Source: Lingula anatina
Taxonomy: Eukaryota; Animalia; Brachiopoda
Length of the DNA: 64,000 nt
Assembly (NCBI GenBank): GCA_051362555.1
Contig: CM120641.1
Coordinates: 35,160,401 to 35,224,400 of the forward strand
Direction of reading: 5' to 3'
The notes beneath the pieces were generated by a model. The model had not been told where the DNA came from and did not search any database. It saw only the letters and a list, made by a program, of their open reading frames with translations. Each line of letters starts with the position of its first letter. Position 1 is the first letter of the stretch. Shown here piece after piece: positions 34,601 to 46,600 of the stretch. The position numbers and the translations under genes were made by a program.

Positions 34601-37600
34601 AGTAAAATACCATTTTACCTTTTGGCTTGAAACTTACAGAACTGATTAATATTTATAATACGCAGGTCAAGTTTGAAATTCAGCATGATCCGGCCAATTT
34701 TAGGGAAGTTATGATGGTTTTTTTTTTCAAAATTTTCAGCATTTTTGTAACAGGATCAGTGTAAAAATGAATTTTTCTTTTTGGATTGAAACTGATGAAT
34801 ATTCATAATACGCATTTCAAGTTTGAAAATTGGCTTGATTGGACTATATTTACAACTGTTATGCTGTTTTTTTCCTTATTCAGCATATATGCAACACTGA
34901 TAACACATTTTAAGGAAAACCAATCAGCCTTTTGTCTTGCAACTCACAGCAGTGATTAGTCTGACTAGTATACAGATCAAGTTTGAAAATAAGCTTGATC
35001 AGTTAAGTTTTGATGAAGTAATTAGCCTTTTTGTATATATGTGTTTTTTTTTTTCTTCAGATTTAATTCTTAGGCATGTTAACAGTCTCAATATGGAACT
35101 AATTAGATATGTAAAAGTGTTGTTTTGACATTTTATCCTTATTAACAAAAATGATGGTAAACCTGTTATCATGCATTGTGTAATAAAGTATCAAAAATGG
35201 AAAAGAACTCATCATTGCAGTTTGTCAGATCCAATCATTCACTATGTTCAGAATCTGCAAATGGAGCAAATTGGACATTTAAAATTGTTCTATTGATATT
35301 TTTCCTATGTCGACAATTTTCCTAGATGATCATTTAAAAATGACAGTAAATTGATTATTTTGTTTTATGTAAAAAGGTGTTGAAAATGGAAAGAAAATCA
35401 TTTCAGTACAGTTATCTCTTGTTTACATTTTGGCATTTTGAACTTTGAACTTTGAACTTCCATGGTCTTGAAGACCTTCCCATATCACATTTTCTGAATA
35501 TCCATGATACTTTTATTTTTTTTATAAAAAATTGATGGTCATTATGCTGTTAAGTATTGTGTTATATTGCATGAAAGTTGAAGAAACCTGTATTTTGGAC
35601 ACTGCTGCCAGGATAGCGATTAAGGGAAAACCATGTTACTTATGATACTCAAATTAACTGAAAAGTTTCATAAGACTGAAGTGCAGCTTGTGTTGGAAAA
35701 CCAGTGTGATTGTTTTCTGTTTTGGAAGCAATGCAGTTCTATAGAGTGAACTATGGTGCAATAAATGTATATGGCAGTATATTAATTCAGGGTCACAAAC
35801 TAATTTGCTTAATTAATTTTCAAGTTGCCATTAAATGAGATTACATAAAACACACGTTCATAAAGTAATTTGCTTAATAATTTTTCAAGTGGCCATTAAA
35901 TGAGATTACATAAAACACATGATGAGATTTCATTGTAAAGTCCCCTGGGTATATCTCTCTTAACTGTGTCACATAATTAGGAATCAATGATTATTGTGCA
36001 GGTAAATGTAAGTCATGTTAGTAATTAGACAGCTAGATTTAAAGTTTGAATAGCAGCTTTATTGGAATTTTTTGTTTTGTTTTATTTTACATTTTCTTTT
36101 AATTATTTTTCAAACACTAGCATCTTCAAGATATCACTTTCAACTCCCATCCACCAGAAGCACTGTGCATTTTCTGTTTTTCCACATAAGGAGTTGTGTT
36201 GGTTTTTATGTCTTTAAACATTGTGTAATTATATTATTTTCTGCACTGTCATCTTTTTTCACATATTGGGATTTTCATTATGTGAATTTGAACTCTCACA
36301 TATTGTCCTGAAACTGTAATCTTATTGACCATATTATTCTGTTGTACATTTTGTGAAATTTTATCTTTCACATACTGGAAATTTCATTGTGGGACTTATA
36401 ACTCCCAAGGACATGTAACATTTAACTTTTATTGATACTACCTGTTGTGCAATATTTGCAACTTGACTGTTCTTTTTGGCAAATAATTAATTTTCTTTCT
36501 AAAAAGTGTTTTTTTTTTTTTTTTTTTTTTGTTATAATCTCTTAAGATATTATTACAAAGTATAGCCATCTATGGATGTCACATGGTCTGATGAAAAGTT
36601 CAGATATCAGAATAATAGCTATGACTGCCCTTTTTGTAGTAAAACAAAATATATTTTATTTCTGCGAGTTGTTTACACTGTTTAAACTCAAGTTGGATGA
36701 TTCATATCATGGTTATGGACCTAGACTGAATGGCAGCTTTAGTGGAATATTTTTGTAATTTTTTCTTTAATTTTTAATTTTTCAAACTGGCATTTTTAAG
36801 ATGTTTTCACTTTTCAGCATATATGCAACACTGTAAACACATTTCAAGAAAAAAACGATAGGCCTGTTGTCATGAAACTCGCTGGGGTAATGGATCTCAC
36901 TAAATTGAGGTCACGTTCGAAAAGCTGCATGATCGGGCCACTATTTTAGTAGTTATGCTTTTTTCCCCACTTTTCAGCATATATGCAACACTATAAACAC
37001 AATATAAGGAAACACATTAAACATTAAACTCACAGGAGTGGTCAATGCTGCTAAAACACAGAAAATCAGCATAATCGGGCCATTATTTTAGAAGTTATGC
37101 TGTTTTTTCACATTTCCTCACATTCAATTCTTAGGCATGTTAACAGTCTCATTAGTTAACTAATAAGATACGTAAAAGTGTTTGTTTGACATTTCCTGCA
37201 TCTTTACAACATTGTTAGTTGATTTTGTAAAAATAATGGTAAACTTATTATCGCGTATTGTGTAATAAAGTTTCAAAAGTGGAAATAAACTCATGTCATA
37301 GCAGTTTGTCAGATTCAATCATTCACTATGTTCAGAATCTCAGAATGGAAGAAATTGGCTATTTAACACTGCTCTATTGATATTTTTCTTAGTTGATCAT
37401 ATAGAAATGGCAGTAAACTGTTAATTTTGTTTTATGTTTAAAAAAAAACATTTCAGAACAGTGCTGTCTTGTTTACATTTTGGCATTTTCAAGTTGTGAC
37501 TTTGAAGTTCCATGGGCCTGAAGACCTTCCCATATCACATTTTCTGAATATCCATGATACTAATATTTTATTATTAAAAATTGATGGTCATTATGCTGTT

Positions 37601-40600
37601 AAACGTTATGTAATATTGCATCAAAAAAACTATTTTGGGCACTGCTCCCATGATGACCATTTAAGAAAAACCAGGTCACTTACTGTTCTCAAACTTGCAG
37701 GAAAGAAACATGCGACTAAAATACAGCTTCAGTAGGCAATGCAGTCTGTTTGGTAATTCTTACTGCCAGTTAAACAGTTTTTTTTGTGAAAATTTAATTT
37801 TTCACAAGATATGCTTGAAGACCTGTGCTAGTCACATTTTCTGAAAATCCATGATACGTTTATTTTATTTTCAAAAGTTGACAGTCTTTATGCTGTTAAC
37901 CATTATGTAATATTGCATCAGAATAGAAGAAAACACAATTTTGGGTGCTGCTGCCATGATGACCATTATGGGAAAACCATGTTATTTATGATTGCCAAAC
38001 TTTCAAAAAAGAAATACAGGGCTAAAATGCAGCCCGAGTTGGAAAAGTAGTCTAATTGGCTTCTTTTTCTGGAAGTTATATATTTTCAAAGTGTGAACTT
38101 GAACTCCCATGGGCCTGAAGCCTTATGCTTGTTACACATTTTACTTATATTGGTATTATCTGTTGAGCATAATTGAAATTTAATGTTGAATTTGCAGTTC
38201 AACATAATGTACTTTTGCATCAGAATTGACAGTAGCCTATTTTGTGCTTAGTTATTTCCTGTTTTTTGTCTGTACATTTGACAGCTTTGCTGCCTTGTTT
38301 CACATTTCCTCAGATTCAATTATTAAGCATGTTAACAGTCTCATTATTTAATTAATAAGATGCCTAAAAGTGTTTGTTTGATATTTCCTGCATCTTTACA
38401 ACATTGTTAGTTGATTATGTAAAAAACATGGTAAACTTGTTATCATGTATTGTGTAATAAAGTGTCAAAAATGGAAATAAACTCATATCATTGCAGTTTT
38501 TCAGATTCAATCATCCACTATGTTCAGAATCTCAGAATGGAGGAAATTGGACATTTAACACTGTTCTATTGATACTTTTCCCATCTCATCAATTTTCTTA
38601 GTTGGACATATAAAAATGGCAGTAAAATGTTTATTTTGTTTTATGTTAAAAAAGTGTTAAAAATGGAAATAAACCCATTTCAGAACAGTGCTGTCTTGTT
38701 TACATTTTGGCATTATCAAGGCGTGACTTTGAAGTTCCATGGGCCTGAAGACCTTTGCTAGTCACATTTTCTGAATATCTGTGATACAAATATTTTATAA
38801 TTAAAAATTGATGGTCATTAAGCTGTTAAACATTATGTAATATTGCATCAAAATTTGATGAAACCCCCATTTTGGGCACTGCTTCCATGATGACCATTTA
38901 AGGAAAATCATGTCACTTACTGTTCTCAAACTTACAGGATAGAAACATGGGACTAAAATACAGCTTCAGTAGGCAATGCAGTCTGTTTGGTTTTTTTTTT
39001 TTAGGCTATTTTTTAGGCTATTTTTTCTCTTTTTTCAGCATAAATGCAGCACCGATAACATGATAAGTGGAAAACCATTTTACTTTTTGGCTTGAAACTA
39101 ACAGAACTGATAAATATTCATAATACGCAGGTCAAGTTCGAAAATCGGCATGATTGGGTCATTTTTTAGTGAATTTAGGCTATTTTTTCTCTTTTTTCAG
39201 CATATATACAGCACCGATAACACGATAACTGGAAAACCGTTTTGGCTTTTGGCTTGAAACTTGGGGAACTGATAAATATTTATAATATGCAGGTCAAGTT
39301 CGAAAATCAGCATGATCGGGTGACTTGTAGGGAAGTTATGCTGTTTTTTTTTACTTTTTTCAGCATATATGCAGCACCGATAACACGATAAGTGGAAAAC
39401 AGCTTTACTTTTTGGCTTCAAACTTACAAAACTGATGAAGATTCATAATCTGCAGATCAAGTTCAAAGATCAGCATGATCAAGCCATTTTTAGGGGAGTT
39501 ATGATATTTTTTCACTTTTTTCAACATATATGCAACACTGATAACACTATATAAGAAAAACAGATAGGCCAATTGTCATTATACTTACAGGAGTGGTCAA
39601 TCTTACTAAAATGCAGGTTGAGATGGAAAATCAGCATAATCTGGCCATTATTTTAGAAGTTATGCTGTTTTTTCACATTTCCTCAGATTCAATTCTTAAG
39701 CATGTTAACAGTCTCATTATTTAACTAATAAGATACGTAAAAGTGTTTGTTTGATATTTCCTGCATCTTTACAACATTGTTAGTTGATTATGTAAAAATG
39801 ATGGTAAACTTGATATCGTGTATTGTGTAATAAAGTGTCAAAAATGGAAATAAACTCATATCATATCATATTGCAGTTTGTTAGATTCAATCATCAACTA
39901 TGTTCAGAATCTCAGAATGGAGGAAATTGGACATTTAACACTGTTCTATTGATATTTTTCCTATCTCATCAATTTTCTTAGTTGGTCATATAAAAATGGA
40001 AGTATACTGTTTATTTTGTTTTGTTTAAAAAGTGTTAAAATGGAAATAAACCCATTTCAGAACAGTGCTGTCTTTTTTATAGTTTGGCATTTTTAAGATG
40101 TGACTGAGCCTGCAGATCTTTGCTAGTTACATTTTCTGAATATCCATGATACTAATATTTTATGATTAAAAATTGATGGTCATTATGCTGTAAAACATTA
40201 TGTAATATTGCATCAAAATTTGAAGAAACCCCTATTTTGGGCACTGCTCACATGATGACCATTTAAGGAAAGTCATGTCACTTACTGTTCTCAAACTTAC
40301 AGGAAAGAAACATGGGACTAAAATATAGCTTCAGTAGGCAATGCAGTCTGTTTGATAAATTTTTCTGGTAGTTAAGCAGTTTTTTTGTGAAAATTTAATT
40401 TTTCACATATTGGCATTTTCAATGTATGACTTTGAAGTTCCATGATCCTGAAGACCTTTGCTTGTCACATTTTCTGAATATGCCTTATACTAATATTCTA
40501 TTAAATAAAAATTGATGGTCATATATGCTGTTAAGCATTATGTAATGTTGCTTCAAAATAGAAGAAAACACAATTTTTGGTGCTGCTGCCATGATGACCA

Positions 40601-43600
40601 TGATGGGAAAACCGTGTTACTTATGACTGTCAAACCTTAAAAAAAGAAACACTGTACTAAAATGCAGCCTGAGTTGGAAAAGCAGTCTAATTAGCTTCTT
40701 TTTTCTGGAAGTTATACATTTGAGTGAAATATTCATTAACTTTTTGGCATATTCATTGTGGGACTCGGAGCTCCCATGGACATGAAGCCGAATGGTAATC
40801 AAATTTTCTACATGTCCATGCTATTTGTAATCAATAATCAACAAGGCAGCAAAGCTGTCAAATGTACAGACAAAGAACAGAAAATAAAGATGCAAATAAG
40901 TGAAAAATTAAATTTTCACAAAAAACTGTTAAATTGCCAGAAAAATTTACCAAACAGACTGCGTTGCCTATTGAAGCTGTATTTTAGTCCCATGTTTCTT
41001 TCCTATAAGTTTGAGAACAGTAAGTGACATGATTTCCCTTAAATGGTCATCATAGGAGCAGTGCCCAAAATAGGGGTTTCTTCAAATTTTGATGCAATAT
41101 TACATAATGTTTAACAGCTTAATGACCATCAATTTTTAATTATAAAATATTTGTATCACAGATATTCAGAAAATGTGACTAGCAAAGGTCTTCAGGCCCA
41201 TGGAAATTCAAAGTCACGCCTTGAAAATGCCAAAATGTAAACAAGACAGCACTGTTCTGGAATGGGTTTATTTCCATTTTTAACACTTTTTTAACATAAA
41301 ACAAAATAAACATTTTACTGCCATTTTTATATGACCAACTAAAAAAATTGATGAGATGGGAAAAGTATCAATAGAACAGTGTTAATTGTCCAATTTCCTC
41401 CATTCTGAGATTCTGAACATAGTGGATGATTGAATCTGACAAACTGCAATGATATGAGTTTATTTCCATTTTTGACACTTTATTACACAATACATGATAA
41501 CAAGTTTACCATGTTTTTTACATAATCAACTAACAATGTTGTAAAGATGCAGGAAATATCAAACAAACACTTTTAGGCATCTTATTAGTTCAATAATGAG
41601 ACTGTTAACATGCTTAAGAATTGAATCTGAGGAAATGTGAAAAAAACAGTATAACTTCTAAAATAATGGCCCGATTATGCTGATTTTCGAACTCAACCTG
41701 CGTTTTAGTAAGATTGACCACTCCTGTGAGTATAACTACAATTGGCCAATCCGTTTTTTCTTATATTGTGTTATCAGTGTTGCATTTATATTGAAAATAG
41801 TGAAAAAATAGTGAAAAAACAGCATAAATTCCCTAAAAATGACCCAATCATGCTGATTTTCGAACTTGACCTGTGTATTATGAATATTAATCAGTTTTGT
41901 AAGTTTCAAGCCAAAAGGTAGGATGGTTTTCCACTTATCGTGTTATCGGGGTTGCATATATGCTGAAAAAAGTGAAAAAACAGCATAAATTCCCTAAAAA
42001 TGACCCGATCATGCTGATTTTCGAACTTGACCTGCGTATTATGAATATTCATCAGTTCTGTAACTTTCAAGTCAAAAGGTAAAATGGTTTTTCACTTATC
42101 GTGTTATCGGTGCTGCATATATGCTGAAAAAAGTGAAAAAACAGCATAAATTCCCTAAAAGTGACCCGATCATGCTGATTTTCGAACTTGACCTGCGTAT
42201 TATGAATATTCATCAGTTTTGTAAGTTTCAAGTCAAAAGGTAAAATGGTTTTCCACTTATCGTGTTATCAGTGCTGCATATATGCTGAAAAAAGTGAAAA
42301 AACAGCATAAATTCCCTAAAAGTGACCCGATCATGCTGATTTTCGAACTTGACCTGCGTATTATGAATATTCATCAGTTCTGTAAGTTTCATACCAAAAG
42401 AAAAAACAGTTTTCCATTTATCGTGTTATCGGTAAAAGTGCACGGCGACGGCGACGGCGACGACGACGGCGACGACAGCGACGACGGCGACGGCGACGAC
42501 AGACGCAGATGATGGCTATATGTACAGACACATCTGTGTCTGTACATAAAAATTGGTGATAATTATTCTATAATTTATTATGCAATGTTACATCAAAATT
42601 TACAATAATCTTTTTGCACTGCTACTGCAAACATTATGAAAAGAAAACTGTGTTACTTATTATTATTTTTAACTTATGAGAATGATTTTTAGGATTGGCA
42701 TGCAGTTAAAATTAGAAAGCTAGGTCAATTGGGTTATCGTTTATTATTGAATTTATGCAATTTTGTGTGAAATTTTCATTTTTTTATTCTGGCACTTTCT
42801 AAGTATAAACTTGAACTCTGATGGGCCTGAAGCCTTATGCTTTCACTTTGGTCGGTGTTACCTGCTGTGCATAATTAAAATATGATGTTGACTTTGCAGT
42901 TAAACATAATGTATCATTTCATCAGAATTGGTAGTCTCCTATTTTGTGCATTATTGTTTTGTGATTTTCTTAAGATGTGACTTATGGGCCTGAAGGGTCT
43001 TTGAGAGGGTCAGTCTGTAAATTTCCCTTGGGTATCACTTAGCTAAGCTCTGAGTTATAAAGTAATTTGCCTAATTGATTATTAATAGGTCATTAAATGA
43101 GATTACATAAAGCACACTTGTTGATATCTCCCTGTAAACTCCCAAAGGTTAAGCTCTCTGCTAGATTAATAATAAGGAAGCAGTGATAATTATGGAGGTA
43201 AATTATGCAGGTAATTTATATATATATATATATATAATCAACAATTGCTGCCTGGGCAGAGGTCTGCACTCTCGGAGTGCTTTTCTAGTTTTGTTTATTT
43301 TCCTTAATAACTTTTTTCTCAAACACTTGCATTTGTGATATTTAACCGCCTGAAGCTCTGCACATTTTCTGTATTTCCACATAAGCAGTTGTATGTTATT
43401 TATGTTTTCAAACATTATGTAATATTATTTTATGCACTGTCATCATTTTTCAAATATTGAGACTTTCATCATGTGACTTTGGTCTCTCATGGTCCTGATA
43501 CTGTAATCTTATTGAAGGGATGGATTGAGACCATCTTCTGGGTCAGCTTCCGGAAGACGTTCGGATTTTTAAGTTTATATTGACTGATATTTATTTTTTT

Positions 43601-46600
43601 TTCTGTTGGAAGATCATCAAAATAGAGGATGGATCAACAAAGATACTTTGGAATACTGTCAGAAAATATCTCTGGGTCAGCTCCTGTTATTGACCATGTT
43701 ACCTGTTGTGCATGATTAAAATTCAGTGTTGACTAACAGTGCTATTATAAGCATTATTTATTATTGCATCAAAATTGGCAAAATGACCTATTTTGCATCA
43801 TTATTTTCTGTTTTTTGTCTGTACATTTGACAGCTTTGCTGCCTTGTTTTTAATAAATATAAAAAATATATTTTATCATTATTCAAAAACAATACTGTGT
43901 TACCAAATAACCAGTAACATAACATACTAACCTCTTTATTAGGTGGATGATAAATACAGTGTACAGGTACTTTCAAGTCAAGAGTTGGAACTGCATCAAC
44001 AGAAACTTCCACTTGCACATTGTATTCACACTGGAATGTCACAGATGATATTCTTCTAGTTATGATTTTGATCTTTTTCTGTACATTTTTTTAGTCAAAT
44101 GTGAGAAGGAAAGGTGGCTGTAGCATAAGATTTACTTTTTGCTATCTGATAAAAATTGAGGCCAGGCAAAGCCTTTACAAAAAAAAAATGTGTGTGTTAT
44201 AAATGCTCTGCATACATATCGAACTTTGAAATTAACAACATTTCTTTCAAGCCACCCAGTATATTTCTCTTCAATCTATAGTCCTTTTTCTTTAGGGAAA
44301 CTAAAATTAACTGCTTGCAAAAAAGGCAGATTAAACTCAATAGCCAAATTACTTCACAATGTCAATAGAACCTTACATGTATGTGCTCTCCATTGGACGT
44401 TGATGCTATTTCGTTGGAGTTCGATGTATTGTCTGCCACTGCCAATGGTATAAACACTTTACTCAAACCTCTGAAAGTAATATCACATCTATCAATGACA
44501 ACACAATCAATTTCAATAGTCATTGCACAAAATCTTTTCGATCATTGGACCATTTCTTTTAATTAGTTAGCAGATAGTGATTATGTTAAACAAGTGAGAT
44601 GTAAAATGAGAATTATTTTCAATTTACTACAGACTAAAATATTAGTACATATGAGAATCTACTGAAATATCAAAGGAGAATACAGAGCTACCCTTCACCC
44701 AACGCTAACTGAATAACAAATTTCTCTTAATTGTGTAGTCTGCAGGTCATGGATTACACCATCAATGCAAAATGTATGTTATCAAATGCTTTTACATTGT
44801 TTAAGCTATGAAATGGCCAGTAAAAACTGTACAATACTTCTCCAAAAGTTTAGGATTCCTGCCCTCCAATATCTTTCCCCACACTGTCCTTGTTCCCCCC
44901 TCAGGTTGAAATGTCAACAGCCCATGTTGTGGACTCTTGGCACTAGCTGTACTGGAGTTGGAGACAGTGCTGGTTGATCTGGGCCTCTTAAAGGCAAGAT
45001 TCAAATCCCGTATCAGCTGGAAATTTCACAGAAAGTTTCATGACTATACAACACTGCAAATATTGTAAATTTGAAATAAAAACATGAGCAGAAATATTGT
45101 AGAGAAAAGATATTCTGACATGTGGAATCAAGCCTTCACCAGTCACAGCACATGATGACAGAGGTGTTAAAGGTATGATTGCTGAACCTGCAGTGCATAA
45201 TATATATTTACAGAGAAAAAAAAGATATGCTCTATATAAGCAATTTATATTACGTTATGTTTTTAAAACGTGTCCAGATTATGAGAATAAAAAATGACAT
45301 CTGATATAGCAAACCTTTATTGTTATTTTGTTTATTCTTTTTGAAGTACGATTTTCAACACCTAAATTAAGGACAGCTGTCTCACCAGCATGATATGCTG
45401 AACGATTTAATCTGGAAAAATAATGAAAATTGTAAATTTTAAGGCAAAGGTCAAATCAATGTTTAAAAAAAGCAGCATGACAATAAACTAGGATAGGGTT
45501 TTGGAAATTTTTTCTTCAGTAACCCACAATAACTTCATCTTATTGACACATTTATTTTAACCACTGTATTCTAATGCATTTTGCAGATCATTTTAAGGAA
45601 TTAATTCAGGATGAATGAAATTCATTCCTTATAATTATGATTCTTCATCATTGATCTAAAACGTGAACATTTCTGTTTACACCTAATTGGAGTTTAATTG
45701 TTATATGGCATGTTTAAGTCATGTGTTACTAGGCAATTACAATTTTTGAGCACTAAATATTAAGAATCAGAGAATTAACATTTTGACAAGACTGCTTCAA
45801 CTGAAACATTGTAAAATTCTGCTGAAACTCACTTGGCACTGACTGTTAATAAACCCTTCAGTAATCCAAACATTCTCCTGACCTCACAAGTGACCTTGAC
45901 TGGGTCAGGGTCATCTATCTTGTTTAAATCTGGCACTGCCTGATATATGACAAGAGGCTGTGTAGTCTGGAATGTAGTAGGATTTATGCTGTATACACAA
46001 ATTGTTTACATTTCTACACGATGCTTTCATTACAAGCAAAATGTGTTTTAACTTGAGATCTAAAAATATGTGTCAAAATTCTAATCCATTTGCATCAAAA
46101 TTGAGATAAAAAGCTTTTATATAATAAATATGATAAAAATTCAAGGCTTACAGTCATTTCTAAATACGTTTTATAAAAACTGCTTCAATTATATTTTGAT
46201 CTATATAACCTTTATACTTTCCGCTCCAATAACCTCAGCAGTCACATAGTATTCCACCAAACCTGACCATTTTGCTGGCTCACAACCAGAAAGAGAGAAT
46301 GTGCCTGGGTCAATAAAAACAATTATTTAACAATTAGACATAAACACCAAAGCTGGAAGGTATACATGCATCACATAAACCAAAGTGGAAAATGTGGAGA
46401 AAAATGTTTGACCAATTAAGGCAGGCAATAAACTAGGCATTGACAAAGGCATAGACAAAGGCACAGGCAAAGGTACAGACATAGAGAGAGAGACATATAG
46501 GGTGCGGTCACAATGAAGCTGTTATACATCATCATAACACATACTGCTAGGTACATTGTAGTTCAAACTAACCCTGACAGCTAGGACTCTCGCTGAATGC

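Larger units (their letters stand above)
32091..43848 (+). mobile_element. Outer Helentron-associated (HINE/DINE-1-like) non-autonomous element, with two nested family members
   Basis: 5' end TTTTTATGTACAGACACAGATGTGTCTGTACAT (palindrome) + (GTCGCC)n microsatellite + 161-bp tandem array. 3' end GTCTGTACAT subTIR + GACAGC-TTT-GCTGCC hairpin + TTGTT. Inserted in T-runs with no TSD. Confidence 0.85.

Noticed and set aside
33001-42512. Repeated short ORFs (MLKKVKKQHKFP..GDDGD)
   Set aside because: Chance translations of satellite and GTCGCC microsatellite sequence.
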